Below, in pieces: positions 8,933 through 19,977 of a DNA stretch of 64,000 nucleotides (positions are counted from its first letter, which is position 1; every line of letters starts with the position of its first letter). Under the pieces are notes generated by a model. That model was not told the DNA's origin and made no database searches. It was given only the letters and a program-made list of their open reading frames with translations. This DNA comes from Oscillospiraceae bacterium (lineage in GTDB: Bacteria > Bacillota > Clostridia > Oscillospirales > Oscillospiraceae), in the NCBI GenBank assembly GCA_016302405.1, contig JAEDNR010000001.1, positions 362 through 64,361 of the forward strand, written 5' to 3'. Position numbers and translations under genes: made by a program.

Positions 8933-10318
8933 TTAAGCCAGATAGATGGCCCGGCAGGCCAGCATGGTCATGTAGCAATCGTATTTGCTCACAAGCTCCA
9001 TGGGGGCGTGCATGCACAGCACGGGCACACCGGCATCCACGGTGACAATGTTCCGGTTTGCCATGTACGCGGCTACGGTGCCGCCGCCGCCCTGATCAAC
9101 CTTGCCCAGGGTGGCGATCTGCCAGCGGACACCGGCATCGTCCAGCACCTTGCGGACATGGTACATGGCTTCGGCGGAAGCGTCGGAAGCACCGCCCTTG
9201 CCCCGGGAGCCGGTATACTTGCAGATGGAAATGCCATAGTTGAGCTGGCTGTTGTTCCGGCGGTCACAGGTCTCCGGGAAGTTGGGATCAAAGGCATTGG
9301 ATACATCGGCGGAGAGGCAGAAGGAATTCTGGAAGCAGTGGCTGAGCTTCACGCCCTGGCCGTCGCAGAGAATGCCCATGAAGTATTCAAAGGCCTGGCT
9401 CTGCATGCCGCTGATACCCACGCTGCCGATCTCTTCCTTATCGGCAAGAATGCAGACCGCAGTGTGCTTGGGGGTGGGCAGGGTGAGCAGGGGCTCAATC
9501 TCGGCGTAGGCGCAGACCCGGTCATCGTGACCGTAAGCGCCCAGCAGGCTCCGGTCCAGCCCAACCTCTCGACAGCGTCCGGCGGGGACCACGGTGAGCT
9601 CAGCGGAGCGGAAGTCTTCTTCAATGATGCCGTACTTTTCGTTGAGAAGCCGCATCACATTCAGCTTCACCAGGTCCGCACCCTCGCCGGTCACCGGCTC
9701 GGTGCCCAGGATCACGTTCAGCTGTTCACCGGCGATAACCTGGGCAGCGGTCTTCTGCATCTGATCGGCAGACAGGTGAATAAGAAGATCGGACACAACC
9801 AGGATGGGATCGCTCTCATCTTCTCCGATGGTGACGGTGACGGTGGAACCGTCTTTCCGGCAGACCACGCCGTGGATGGCAAGGGGTACGCAGGTCCACT
9901 GGTACTTCTTAATGCCGCCGTAGTAGTGGGTCTTAAAGAAGGCAATTTCGGCGTCCTCGTACAGGGGATTGGGCTTCAGGTCCATCCGGGGGGAGTCCAC
10001 GTGGGCGGCGCAGATATTGGCGCCCTGGGACAGGGGCTCGGTGCCGATGACGGCAAAGAGGAAGCTCTTGCCCCGGTTATTGAGATAAATCTTATCGCCG
10101 GGCTTTACCTCCATGCCGGGGACGGCGGGCTTAAAGCCGTGGGCGATGGCCTGCTCGGTTGCCCAGGCGGTTGCCTCCCGCTCGGTCTTGCAGGCATCCA
10201 TAAAGGCGGCATACCGTTTGGCATAGCCTTCCATTTCTTCCCGCTGCTGGGCGGTCAGACTCTGGTATCCGTTCTTCTGCTCCACGAGAAGCTTCGAACG
10301 AAGTTCATCAATATTCAT
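8933..10318 (-). CDS. M18 family aminopeptidase
   Basis: 'AHVDSPR', 'HDDRVC', 'DKEEIGS', 'MHAP' metal-ligand motifs. Confidence 0.92.
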   Translation of the reverse strand: MNIDELRSKLLVEQKNGYQSLTAQQREEMEGYAKRYAAFMDACKTEREATAWATEQAIAHGFKPAVPGMEVKPGDKIYLNNRGKSFLFAVIGTEPLSQGANICAAHVDSPRMDLKPNPLYEDAEIAFFKTHYYGGIKKYQWTCVPLAIHGVVCRKDGSTVTVTIGEDESDPILVVSDLLIHLSADQMQKTAAQVIAGEQLNVILGTEPVTGEGADLVKLNVMRLLNEKYGIIEEDFRSAELTVVPAGRCREVGLDRSLLGAYGHDDRVCAYAEIEPLLTLPTPKHTAVCILADKEEIGSVGISGMQSQAFEYFMGILCDGQGVKLSHCFQNSFCLSADVSNAFDPNFPETCDRRNNSQLNYGISICKYTGSRGKGGASDASAEAMYHVRKVLDDAGVRWQIATLGKVDQGGGGTVAAYMANRNIVTVDAGVPVLCMHAPMELVSKYDCYMTMLACRAIYLA

Positions 10319-10904
10319 GGGGTTTTCCTCCATTTTTCTTTATAGTGTTGAGAAATTCCTCGCATTTGGCGGAAAATTCCTCACAGGTCCCGTTGTTTTC
10401 CAGGGTATAATCGCACCGCTCCCGGAACCATGTGTCCGGATGCTGGGCATCGATGCGGCTTGCGGCATATTGCCGGGTGATCCCATCCCGCCGGGTCAGT
10501 CTGGCAATCCGGTCTTCCCGGGGGGCCAGGACGGCGACGGTCACATCACAAAGCTGCCCCAGTCCGCTTTCCAAAAGGGCAATGGCATCGATGGCGGCAA
10601 GCTCCGGGGCGGGGGAGAGACGGCGCTTCACTTCCCGCTTCACCGCGCTGTGGGTAATGCGGTTAAGCAGATCCAGAGCCTGGGGGTCGGAAAAAACCAG
10701 GGCGCCAAGCTGCTTCCTTTGCAGGCTCCCGCCCTGAAAGCATTCCGGAAAAGCCTTTTCCAGACTGTCCAGCATTTCGTGATCGGAAGCAAGAAGCGCG
10801 TGGTAGATAGCGTCACAGTCCAGTGCCAGCCCGCCCCGGCGTCTGACGGCTTCCAGCAGTGTGGTTTTTCCGCAGCCGGTACCACCGGTGATTCCCAGGA
10901 TCAT
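10308..10904 (-). CDS. coaE: Dephospho-CoA kinase
   Basis: MILGITGGTGCGKT P-loop; 'LNRITH'; 'RIDAQ'. Confidence 0.92.
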   Translation of the reverse strand: MILGITGGTGCGKTTLLEAVRRRGGLALDCDAIYHALLASDHEMLDSLEKAFPECFQGGSLQRKQLGALVFSDPQALDLLNRITHSAVKREVKRRLSPAPELAAIDAIALLESGLGQLCDVTVAVLAPREDRIARLTRRDGITRQYAASRIDAQHPDTWFRERCDYTLENNGTCEEFSAKCEEFLNTIKKNGGKPHEY

Positions 10905-11944
10905 AGGGTTTCCTCCGCGTTTACAATATGAAAAGCGGCCGCTTTTTTCAGCCGGTTCTGCACCGCGTAGGCAACGCCGCCGCCGGTGGGACACCGGGCG
11001 TAGACTTTCCGGACACTGGGATCATCCAGCTCCCGCAAAGCGGCGAAGAGTCCGGCGGAAAGGGAGTTCACATCCGCCTCGGCACCATAGGCCAGGGGAT
11101 CACAGCCATCGTACAGTGGCAGCTCCTCCTGAAAGCACAGTACCCGGTCTCCGGGTTCAAAATGGCTTCGGATATAGGCGGCGGCTTTTTCCCGGCTCCC
11201 CGCCACGATCACAACCGGCTCCTGGGGGGCGTAATGCCGGTACTTCATTCCCGGGGCCCGCACCACAGCGTCCTTGTCGATCTGGGCGGTGACGGCCTTG
11301 TCAACGACCAGGTCCCCCAAAACCTTAGTAAGCTGCTCCGGGGTAATGCCGCCGGGGCGCAGAAGCCTTGGCCTGCCTGCCGTCAGGTCCACGATGGTGG
11401 ATTCCACCCCCACCCGGCAGGGGCCGCCGTCCACAATGGCGTCGATCCTGCCGTCGTGGTCATGGCGGACATGCTCCGCCGTGGTGGTGGAGGGCTTCCC
11501 GGACAGATTGGCGGAGGGAGCGGCAATAGGAACGCCGGAGAGCCGGATGATGTCCCTGGTGATGGCGCAGTCCGGGCAGCGGACGGCAACGGTATCCAGC
11601 CCAGCGGTGGTGCGTTTGGGGACAACATCCTTCACGGGCAGGACCATGGTCAGAGGTCCGGGCCAGTAGGCCTCTGCCAGGGCATAGGCGGCGGGGGGAA
11701 TATCGTGGCAGATGGATTCCATTTCCTCCGGGGCGGCGACATGAAGGATCAGGGGGTTGTCCTGGGGACGGCCCTTGGCTTCAAAAATCCGGGCAACGGC
11801 TACTTCGTCAAGTCCGTTGGCACCAAGCCCATAGACGGTTTCCGTTGGAATGGCAACCAACCCACCACGACGGATGATTTCCGCGGCTGTCTCGGCGCAG
11901 CCGGGAGTGTCGGCGGATAAATAAAGGGTCTGCATAGTATTCAC
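10901..11944 (-). CDS. sua5: L-threonylcarbamoyladenylate synthase (Sua5/TsaC2)
   Basis: 'PTETVYGL', 'KGRPQDNPLI', 'PSANLSG', 'APGMKYRHYAP'. Confidence 0.95.
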   Translation of the reverse strand: MNTMQTLYLSADTPGCAETAAEIIRRGGLVAIPTETVYGLGANGLDEVAVARIFEAKGRPQDNPLILHVAAPEEMESICHDIPPAAYALAEAYWPGPLTMVLPVKDVVPKRTTAGLDTVAVRCPDCAITRDIIRLSGVPIAAPSANLSGKPSTTTAEHVRHDHDGRIDAIVDGGPCRVGVESTIVDLTAGRPRLLRPGGITPEQLTKVLGDLVVDKAVTAQIDKDAVVRAPGMKYRHYAPQEPVVIVAGSREKAAAYIRSHFEPGDRVLCFQEELPLYDGCDPLAYGAEADVNSLSAGLFAALRELDDPSVRKVYARCPTGGGVAYAVQNRLKKAAAFHIVNAEETL

Positions 11945-11959
11945 CTTAAATGCAAAGCA

Positions 11960-11984
11960 GGGACGACCGGCCGGTCGCCCCTAC
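11960..11984 (-). repeat. Single GTAG-type REP element
   Basis: Minus strand GTAGGGGCGACCGGCCGGTCGTCCC: GTAG followed by a palindrome; intergenic. Confidence 0.6.
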
Positions 11985-12001
11985 GGAACGCAAAATGCTT
12001 T

Positions 12002-12778
12002 TTACACGGTGGGCTGGTTGGCCGCTTCAATGATCTTCACAAACTTCTCGGGAACCAGGGAGGCACCGCCGATCAGGCCACCGTCGATGTCGGGCTGGGC
12101 CAGCAGCTCATAAGCGTTCTTCTCGTTCATGGAGCCGCCGTACAGGATGGAGATGGCACGGGCATTCTTGGAGGAGTACAGCTTGCGAACCACTGCACGG
12201 ATGTCCTCACAGACTTCCTCAGCCTGCTCGGGGGTAGCGGTACGGCCGGTACCGATGGCCCAGATGGGCTCGTAGGCGATGATGACCTTGCGGATCTTGT
12301 CCTCGGGCACACCCTTCAGGCCCAGCTTGATCTGCATGGAGATCCACTCGGAGGTGATGCCGGACTCCCGCTGCTCCAGGGTCTCACCGCAGCACATGAT
12401 GGGCACGAGACCGGCTTCCAGAGCGGCCAGAACCTTGGCGTTGACATCGGCATCGGTCTCGCCCATGGCGCGGCGCTCGGAGTGGCCGATGATCACATAC
12501 TTGCAGCCGGCATCCACCAGCATGTTGGTAGCAATCTCACCGGTGTAAGCGCCGGAAGCGTGGGCGTTGCAGTTCTCAGCGCCGATGCCCACCCGGGTCT
12601 CACGCATAGCGCGGACGGCAGTAGGGATGCACACGGCGGGAACGCACAGAGCCACATCGCACCAACGGCCCTTGGGCATGATCGCCTTGAGCTGGGTCAT
12701 AAACTCTTTGGTCTCAGAGGGGGTCTTGTTCATCTTCCAGTTGCCGGCGATGACAGTCTTACGGTATTTTCTGTTCAT
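12002..12778 (-). CDS. tpiA: Triosephosphate isomerase
   Basis: 'AGNWKMN', 'GHSERR', '[11 protein letters not shown]'. Confidence 0.98.
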   Translation of the reverse strand: MNRKYRKTVIAGNWKMNKTPSETKEFMTQLKAIMPKGRWCDVALCVPAVCIPTAVRAMRETRVGIGAENCNAHASGAYTGEIATNMLVDAGCKYVIIGHSERRAMGETDADVNAKVLAALEAGLVPIMCCGETLEQRESGITSEWISMQIKLGLKGVPEDKIRKVIIAYEPIWAIGTGRTATPEQAEEVCEDIRAVVRKLYSSKNARAISILYGGSMNEKNAYELLAQPDIDGGLIGGASLVPEKFVKIIEAANQPTV

Positions 12779-12872
12779 TTTGACTCTCCTTGTCTATGTT
12801 GACATCAATGTAATGGTGGAATATACAATGTAGGGCCCATCCGGAGGGTTCCCTCCGGATGGGAGAAAAGAT

Positions 12873-14078
12873 TTACTTATCCTGCAGGCAGGCAATGCCG
12901 GGCAGCTCCAGGCCTTCCAGGAACTCCAGGGAAGCGCCGCCGCCGGTGGAAATATGGGTGATCTTGTCAGCAAAGCCCAGCTGCTCGCAGGCAGCCGCGC
13001 TGTCACCGCCGCCGACGATGGTCACAGCGTCGGAATCGGCCAGAGCCTGGGCAACCGCAATGGTGCCCTTGGCGAGGGTGGGGTTTTCGAACACGCCCAT
13101 GGGGCCGTTCCAGACAACAGTCTTGGCGGACTTCACGGCATCGGCAAAGAGCTCCCGGGTCTTTTCGCCAATATCCAGGCCCATCTTGCAGGCGGGGATG
13201 GCATCGGCGGGAACCGTCTCCACAGTGATGGGGCCATCAATGGGATCGGGGAAAGCATCGGCAACCACGGTGTCCACAGGCAACAGGAGCTTCACGCCCT
13301 TGGCGGCAGCCTTTTCCATCATGTCCTTGCAGTAGTCGATCTTTTCCGCATCCACCAGGGAGGTGCCGACGGAATAGCCCTTGGCAGCGAGGAAGGTGAA
13401 AGCCATGCCGCCGCCGATGATCAGGGTGTCGACCTTCTCCAGCAGGTTATTGATGACGTTCAGCTTGTCGGAGACCTTAGCGCCGCCCAGAATGGCCACA
13501 AAGGGACGCTCGGGGTTAGCAAGAGCCTTGCCCATGATGGAGACTTCCTTCTGCACCAGGTAGCCGCAGACGGCGGGCAGATAGTCAGCCACACCGGCGG
13601 TGGAGGAATGGGCGCGATGGGCGGTGCCAAAGGCGTCGTTCACAAAAATGTCCGCCATGGAAGCCAGATCCTTGCTAAGCTGGGGATCGTTCTTGGTCTC
13701 GCCCTTGACGAAGCGGGTGTTCTCCAGGAGCATCACATCGCCGTCCTTCAGGGCAGCAGCCTTGGCGTGGGCATCCTCACCTGCCACATCGGCAGCCATG
13801 ATGACTTCCTTGCCCAGCAGCTCGCTGATCCGGTCAGCGACGATCTTCAGGCTCAGCTCGGGCTTAAATTCACCCTTGGGCTTACCCATGTGGGAGCACA
13901 GGATGACCTTGGCGCCCTTGTCGACCAGGTAACGAATGGTGGGCATGGCAGCCACGATCCGCTTGTCGGAGGTGATCTTGCCATTCTTGGTGGGGACGTT
14001 GAAGTCGCAGCGGCACAGTACGCGCTTGCCGGCTACGTCAATGTCCTCAATGGATTTCTTATTGTAATTCATAGACAT
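12873..14078 (-). CDS. pgk: Phosphoglycerate kinase
   Basis: 'DFNVP', '[10 protein letters not shown]', '[11 protein letters not shown]'. Confidence 0.98.
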   Translation of the reverse strand: MSMNYNKKSIEDIDVAGKRVLCRCDFNVPTKNGKITSDKRIVAAMPTIRYLVDKGAKVILCSHMGKPKGEFKPELSLKIVADRISELLGKEVIMAADVAGEDAHAKAAALKDGDVMLLENTRFVKGETKNDPQLSKDLASMADIFVNDAFGTAHRAHSSTAGVADYLPAVCGYLVQKEVSIMGKALANPERPFVAILGGAKVSDKLNVINNLLEKVDTLIIGGGMAFTFLAAKGYSVGTSLVDAEKIDYCKDMMEKAAAKGVKLLLPVDTVVADAFPDPIDGPITVETVPADAIPACKMGLDIGEKTRELFADAVKSAKTVVWNGPMGVFENPTLAKGTIAVAQALADSDAVTIVGGGDSAAACEQLGFADKITHISTGGGASLEFLEGLELPGIACLQDK

Positions 14079-14098
14079 TCCTCCATGTTTTCCCGGGA

Positions 14099-14587
14099 TT
14101 ATACCCGCATTTTTCCGAAGTCTTTCAGATTGGGAAAGGAAAGCTGGCGCAGGGCTTCATAGACGGTGACCGCCACGGCGTTGCTCAGGTTCAGGCTCCG
14201 GGCATCGGCGCGCATGGGAATCCGCACGCAGCTATCGTAATGGGCCGCGAGGAATTCTTCCGGCAATCCCCGGGTCTCCTTTCCGAAGAACAGGTAGCAG
14301 CCGTCATGGTACTGTGCCTGGGTGTAGCTTCTGGGCGCTTTTGTGGAAAGACACCACATTTCTTCCACCCGGTTCCGGGAGAAGAAATCGTCCAGATTTT
14401 CGTAATCCAGCACCTCCACCATATGCCAGTAGTCGAGGCCTGCCCTGCGGACAGCCCGCTCGGAAATATCAAAGCCAAGGGGGCGGATCAGGTGCAGACG
14501 GCTTCCGGTCGCGGCGCAGGTCCTGGCGATGTTGCCGCAGTTCTGGGGAATCTCCGGTTCCACCAGTACAATGTTCAGCATGGCCAT
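14099..14587 (-). CDS. trmL: tRNA (cytidine/uridine(34)-2'-O)-methyltransferase
   Basis: '[13 protein letters not shown]', 'RRAGLDYW', 'RSLNLSN' SPOUT motifs. Confidence 0.93.
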   Translation of the reverse strand: MAMLNIVLVEPEIPQNCGNIARTCAATGSRLHLIRPLGFDISERAVRRAGLDYWHMVEVLDYENLDDFFSRNRVEEMWCLSTKAPRSYTQAQYHDGCYLFFGKETRGLPEEFLAAHYDSCVRIPMRADARSLNLSNAVAVTVYEALRQLSFPNLKDFGKMRV

Positions 14588-14801
14588 TCCCTCCCGGTGA
14601 AGAATTGCTGGGATTGCTTTCCCTCAATCCGTACGGTGACTATTGTAAGTCAAACACCGGATAAAATCAATCCAAAAATCATAATATTTGGAAGTTTTTT
14701 ATAGTATTCACATAAAGAAAGACAGCGAGGACAGAATTTTGTGAAAAATGATACTTTTCAAAAAACTGCCTCTCAGATGGCTTCCAGGATCCGCGGACAG
14801 A

Positions 14802-15683
14802 TCAGCCCACCACCAGATTAAGCGTTCCGTCGGCGAGGAACCAGCTTCCGCCGACGGTGGAAATAACACCGTCGGTAGTCAGTGTGACTTCCAGAACCAG
14901 GTCCAGCTGGTCGTCATTGCCAAGCTGGGGAATGTTGAAGCTAAGGTCGTAGAGCGCTTCCTCGTAGCTGCCCTCGCCCTCACCCTCCGGCAGGGTCAGG
15001 TTCTGGCTGTCGATCTCCATCCCGTTGAGCTGCAGAACGAGACGGGCGCCGCGGAAGCCCACGTTGGTACCGCTTTCCGCCAGACGGGGAAGCTGGGCCT
15101 GGGCATAGCCGTAACCGATGGTCAGCTTGCCGTCCTGCGCGGACCAGTCGCCCAGGAAGAGGTTGCAGTAGGCGGTAAGGCTGGTCTTCAGGTATACAAT
15201 GCTGTCTTCCACCGGGGATTCCGGAGAGGAAAGGAGAATCTGGGAGCTTCCACCGGTGTTGTCGGAAAGAATGCAGAAATAGCTGTAGCCGTCCGCAACC
15301 GGCAGCTTTGCCTTGGCAGTAAAGCATGTACCGTCCCAGCTGCAGGCGGAGGAGGAAGCAATCTGGCTGTCCAGGTAAACCAGGAATTCGGCGGTCATGC
15401 CGTCCCGGAAGGCGGCAGGGGTGGCGGTAAGGGTAATATCGGCACCGCCGCTTCCCTCCCAGATGGAGGCGGACAGGTCCCAGTCGCTTAAGTACAGCCC
15501 ACCGGCATCGCCAAGCTGGGCGGCGAGGGCATCGATTTGGGCCCGGAGGGCAGCGTTCTCCGCTTCAAGATCAGAGATTTTCTTTTCGTATTCCGATGTA
15601 TCCGCTTTGCATCCGGCGGCAGTTACGGCCAGCAGGGCCGCGAGCAGGGCGCAGGCAAAAGCGAGGATTCTTTTTTTATGCAT
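14802..15683 (-). CDS. Hypothetical lipoprotein with N-terminal coiled coil
   Basis: Signal peptide ending in AAGC, then a heptad-like helix and a beta-rich body. Confidence 0.7.
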   Translation of the reverse strand: MHKKRILAFACALLAALLAVTAAGCKADTSEYEKKISDLEAENAALRAQIDALAAQLGDAGGLYLSDWDLSASIWEGSGGADITLTATPAAFRDGMTAEFLVYLDSQIASSSACSWDGTCFTAKAKLPVADGYSYFCILSDNTGGSSQILLSSPESPVEDSIVYLKTSLTAYCNLFLGDWSAQDGKLTIGYGYAQAQLPRLAESGTNVGFRGARLVLQLNGMEIDSQNLTLPEGEGEGSYEEALYDLSFNIPQLGNDDQLDLVLEVTLTTDGVISTVGGSWFLADGTLNLVVG

Positions 15684-15857
15684 GGTGGAGCCTCCTGTAC
15701 AGGTAATGTCCGGCGAAAAACGCGGTAAATCGCCTTCAGTCAACCATTATACCCTAAAAACCGGAAATATGCAACCGGTAGTTTATTGACTTTTCCTTAC
15801 AATGGAGGATATAATGAGAAAAAATCCGGTAGATTTTCGTGAAGGAGTGCGGTCGCT

Positions 15858-17486
15858 ATGACTCCAATCCGGCCTTACGGTCCCGTGCCCGATAGGCGGC
15901 AGCTTGCCTGGTTCCGGCGGGGAAAGACAGCCTTTCTCCATTTTTCCATGAACACCTTTACGGGAAAGGAATGGGGGGACGGCAGGGAGGACCCCGGACA
16001 GTTTGCCCCCGGGGAACTGGACTGCCGGCAGTGGGCGAGAATTCTCCGGGACGCGGGCTTTTCTGCCGCCATTCTTACGGTCAAGCATCATGACGGCTTC
16101 TGCCTGTGGCCCAGCCGGTTTACGGAGCACTCCGTCAGGCACAGCCCCGGGGCGCCGGATGTGGTGCGTTTATTTACCGATGCCTGCCGGGAATACGGTA
16201 TTCAGCCCGGGGTGTACATTTCTCCCTGGGACCGGAACCACCCATCCTGGGGGACGGATGCTTATAATGATGTATTTGCCGGACAGCTCACAGAGCTGAT
16301 GACCGGATACGGCACTTTGTGCGAATGCTGGTGGGACGGAGCCGGCAGCACCGATGCCTGCTACGACTGGGGCCGCTGGGCATCCATTGTTCGAAACTAT
16401 CAGCCGGATTGTATCCTGTTCGGTACCCTGGGCGCCGCACCCTATGCCGATGTCCGCTGGATCGGCAACGAGGAGGGCATAGCGGCGCAAAGCTGTTACG
16501 CTACCATTGACCCCGTGTCCCTGGAAAAGGAAAATGTTTCGGAGCTCAATACGGGAAAGCCCGACGGCAGCCGGTTCATCCCCGCGGAAACCAATATGTC
16601 CATCCGCCCCGGCTGGTTCTACCATCCGGACCAGGCACCCAAGACGGTGGAGGCGCTGACGGACTACTGGTTCCGCTCCGCCGGGCGAAATACCGGAATC
16701 CTGCTGAATATCCCTCCGGACACCAACGGAAAGATCCCGGAGGAGGACGCCGCAGCCGTCATCCAATGGAACCGGATGATGAAGACGCTTTTTGCCGAAA
16801 ACCTGGCCAGCGAGGGAAAGATAGATGCGTCCGGTGTCCTCAGTGAAGAATACGGGCCGGAAAACCTTACGGACAGCCGGGAGGACGCGCTCTATGCAGC
16901 CTCGGAATACTGCCCGGAAGTCACGGTGTCTTTTCCGGACAAGCGGCGCTTTGACTGCTTCCGTCTGGAGGAAGCCATTGAACTGGGCCACCGGGTCCGG
17001 CGCTTTACCCTGGAGGTCCGAACGGAAACCGGTTGGAGGATCTGGTATCAGGGCGGCTGTATCGGCTTCTGCCAGAGCCGCAGGCTTCCGGCGGTGCTGA
17101 CGGATGCTTTGCGGCTGCGGGTTGAGGAAACCCCTGCCTTCCCGGTGCTCCGCTTTCTGGGCCTGTACGATACCCATGGGTTGGGAACAGAGCGGAAAGC
17201 GGCTGCTGAGAACGGGGAAGTCCCGGTCCGGCAGGTCAGCTGGGAAGAAGATGGGGTCGTTTTGAATCTGGGTGGAATCCATCCCTATAACGCGGTCAAA
17301 GTGCCGGAAGCAACGGGCCTTCTCCGGGTGCTGGCCTTTAACGGTGCCCGCTATACGCCTGTTTTCGACGGGGAAGCTTCCGAACTTATCCGTTTCCCCA
17401 CCGTGACGGGAAGCTACCAGCTGAAGGTTCTTGGAAAACTGGAAACCGTTCCCGGTGTCTTCCTCCTTCCGGATGAAAGGGAATAA
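15858..17486 (+). CDS. Alpha-L-fucosidase (GH29) with F5/8-type C-terminal domain
   Basis: 'KHHDGFCLWPS', 'SPWDR', 'WWDGA', 'SIRPGWFYH'. Confidence 0.92.
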   Translation: MTPIRPYGPVPDRRQLAWFRRGKTAFLHFSMNTFTGKEWGDGREDPGQFAPGELDCRQWARILRDAGFSAAILTVKHHDGFCLWPSRFTEHSVRHSPGAPDVVRLFTDACREYGIQPGVYISPWDRNHPSWGTDAYNDVFAGQLTELMTGYGTLCECWWDGAGSTDACYDWGRWASIVRNYQPDCILFGTLGAAPYADVRWIGNEEGIAAQSCYATIDPVSLEKENVSELNTGKPDGSRFIPAETNMSIRPGWFYHPDQAPKTVEALTDYWFRSAGRNTGILLNIPPDTNGKIPEEDAAAVIQWNRMMKTLFAENLASEGKIDASGVLSEEYGPENLTDSREDALYAASEYCPEVTVSFPDKRRFDCFRLEEAIELGHRVRRFTLEVRTETGWRIWYQGGCIGFCQSRRLPAVLTDALRLRVEETPAFPVLRFLGLYDTHGLGTERKAAAENGEVPVRQVSWEEDGVVLNLGGIHPYNAVKVPEATGLLRVLAFNGARYTPVFDGEASELIRFPTVTGSYQLKVLGKLETVPGVFLLPDERE

Positions 17487-17530
17487 AATTCCCCCGGCGG
17501 AATTTCCGCCGGGGGATATTTATGGGGTTA

Positions 17531-19597
17531 TCAGCCCTCGTTTGCCTTGGCATCGGCGATGATCTTCGCCTGGTTCGTCTTGGGAACTTCCTCATAGCGC
17601 TCGAAGTTCAGGGAGAAGGAGCCTCTGGCCTGGGTCATGGCCCGCAGGTCAATGGCATAGCTGCTCATCTCGGCCATGGGGACCTCGGCCTCCACCACGG
17701 TGACACCGTGGCCGGCGGGATTCATACCCATGACGCGGCCCCGGCGCTTGTTCAGGTCGCCGATGACATCGCCCATGTAGCTGTCGGGAATGGTCACCTT
17801 CAGGGAGCCGATGGGCTCCAGAATGGTGGGCATAGCGTTGGGCATGGCCTCCTTGAACGCCAGAATGGCGGCCAGCTTAAAGGACAGTTCGTTGGAGTCC
17901 ACGGGATGGTAGGAGCCGTCGTACAGGGTAGCCTTCAGGCCGACCATGGGATAGCCTGCCAGGGGGCCCTTCTGAACGGCTTCCTGCAGACCCTTTTCAA
18001 CGGCGGGGTAGAAGTTTCTGGGCACGGAGCCGCCGAACACTTCTTCCGCGAAAATCAGGTCATCCTGCTCGTCCTGGGGCTCGAAGCGGATCCACACGTC
18101 ACCGAACTGGCCAGAACCGCCGGTCTGCTTCTTGTGACGGCCATGGGCCTCCACCTTTTTCTTGATCCGCTCCCGGTAAGCAATCTTGGCAGGGCTGAGG
18201 ACGGCTTCCACGCCGAAGCGGCTCTTGAGCTTGCTCACGATTACATCCAGCTGCTGGTCGCCGGCGCCGGAGATTACCAGCTGCTTGGTCTCAGGGTTAT
18301 TGGCGACGGTGAAGGAGGGGTCTTCCTCGTTCAGGCGGAGCAGGCCGGAGCCCACCTTTTCATCCTGGCCCTTGACCTTGGGGGCGATGGCCATGGAGTA
18401 GCAGGGAGCGGCGTAGGGGATGCTCTTCAGGCTGACGACCTTTCTGGGGTCACACAGGGTATCGCCGGTCTTGACCCGGTCCATCTTGCCGATGGCGCCG
18501 ATGTCGCCGCAGGACAGAGCCTTGACTTCCGTGGCTTTCTTGCCGCAGACGGTATACAGACGGCCCAGCTTTTCGGTGTCGCCGGTACGGGCGTTGACCA
18601 GGGTGGTGTCGGAGGTGATTTCACCGGACAGGACCTTGATATAGGAATACTTGCCGTACTGGTCGGAGACGGTCTTCCAGACAAAGGCGCAGGGAACGCC
18701 GCCGGGGGAGACAACGAACTCCTCTGTGCTGCCATCGGCAGTGGTGGCCTTGTGGTAGTTGCCCTGTACGGGGTTGGGCAGCAGTTCCACAATGTGGTCC
18801 ATGAGCATGAGGCTTCCCAGGCAGGTAACGCCGGAGCCGCAGAGCACGGGGAACATGCTCAGATCGCTGACGCCCTGGTGCAGGCCGGTGATCATTTCCC
18901 GGTAAGTAAAGTCGTCACCTTCGAAGAACCGGTCCATAAGGGCCTCGTCGGTCTCGGCAACGGCTTCCTTCAGCGCGTCGTTGAACTCTTCAATGACGGA
19001 GGCCTTGTCGTCGGGGACCTGGATCTCCACCCGCTTCAGGTTGTGCATCTCGTAGGCCCGCTTGTTCAGTACGTCGATGATGCCGGTGACTTTTTTGGAG
19101 GCATCCCAGATGGGAACGACAACGGGGGCAATCTTGTTGCCATAGCGCTCCCGCAGGGCGTTAAAGGTGGCGTTGTAGTCGGAGTGATCCTCGTCCACCT
19201 TGGAAATGTAGACAAAGCGGGGCATATTCCGCTCTTCGCAGTACTGCCAGGCCTTCTCAAAGCCTACGGTGATGCCGTCCTTGGCAGAGCACACCAGAAT
19301 GGCGGCATCCGCGGCACGGAGGGCTTCCATGGCGGCACCGGAGAAATCGAAACCGCCGGGGGTGTCCAGCAGATTGATCTTGCAGTTATGATACTCCAGG
19401 GGCACCACGGAGGTGGAGATGGAGATATTGCGGCGGATCTCCTCGGGGTCGTAGTCGCAGACGGTATTTCCGTCGGCGTTCCGGCCGATCCGGTCGATGG
19501 CACCGGTCATGTAAAGTAAGCTTTCCGCCAGGGCGGACTTGCCGCTGCCGCTGTGGCCCAGCAGACAGACGTTACGAATGGCGTTAACAGTGTACAT
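17531..19597 (-). CDS. fusA2: Elongation factor G paralog (EF-G2-like)
   Basis: 'GHSGSGKS', 'DTPG', 'KQTGGSGQFG', 'DGSYHPVDS'; not in a str operon. Confidence 0.88.
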   Translation of the reverse strand: MYTVNAIRNVCLLGHSGSGKSALAESLLYMTGAIDRIGRNADGNTVCDYDPEEIRRNISISTSVVPLEYHNCKINLLDTPGGFDFSGAAMEALRAADAAILVCSAKDGITVGFEKAWQYCEERNMPRFVYISKVDEDHSDYNATFNALRERYGNKIAPVVVPIWDASKKVTGIIDVLNKRAYEMHNLKRVEIQVPDDKASVIEEFNDALKEAVAETDEALMDRFFEGDDFTYREMITGLHQGVSDLSMFPVLCGSGVTCLGSLMLMDHIVELLPNPVQGNYHKATTADGSTEEFVVSPGGVPCAFVWKTVSDQYGKYSYIKVLSGEITSDTTLVNARTGDTEKLGRLYTVCGKKATEVKALSCGDIGAIGKMDRVKTGDTLCDPRKVVSLKSIPYAAPCYSMAIAPKVKGQDEKVGSGLLRLNEEDPSFTVANNPETKQLVISGAGDQQLDVIVSKLKSRFGVEAVLSPAKIAYRERIKKKVEAHGRHKKQTGGSGQFGDVWIRFEPQDEQDDLIFAEEVFGGSVPRNFYPAVEKGLQEAVQKGPLAGYPMVGLKATLYDGSYHPVDSNELSFKLAAILAFKEAMPNAMPTILEPIGSLKVTIPDSYMGDVIGDLNKRRGRVMGMNPAGHGVTVVEAEVPMAEMSSYAIDLRAMTQARGSFSLNFERYEEVPKTNQAKIIADAKANEG

Positions 19598-19977
19598 ATC
19601 AGAAAAAATCTCCTTTCGGGAAGGCTGCCCGGAGGCAGACACCGGAATGGTGTCATTATACACGAAAGGCAGCGGAATTTCAACGATTAATTTCGGCAGA
19701 TTGTGAAAATATTGCCCTTTTCCGCCGGAACGCTGTTTTCTTATGCAATCTCTCCAAAAGAAAGATATGGAATTTGTAGATAATCACTGACAGTAGCCGC
19801 GGATGCTGAAAAATATAAAAAATAGGTGACAAGGGCCTGAAACTATGGTATAATTTCTGTATATGAATATTGGTTCATGTCAATAAAATGGTAAAAAATG
19901 GGTCGCCTGTTTGCTGACTGAAACCGATAAGATTCTTTATTTCTATAAAATAATCATTCTGAAAGAAGGGTACCCTT

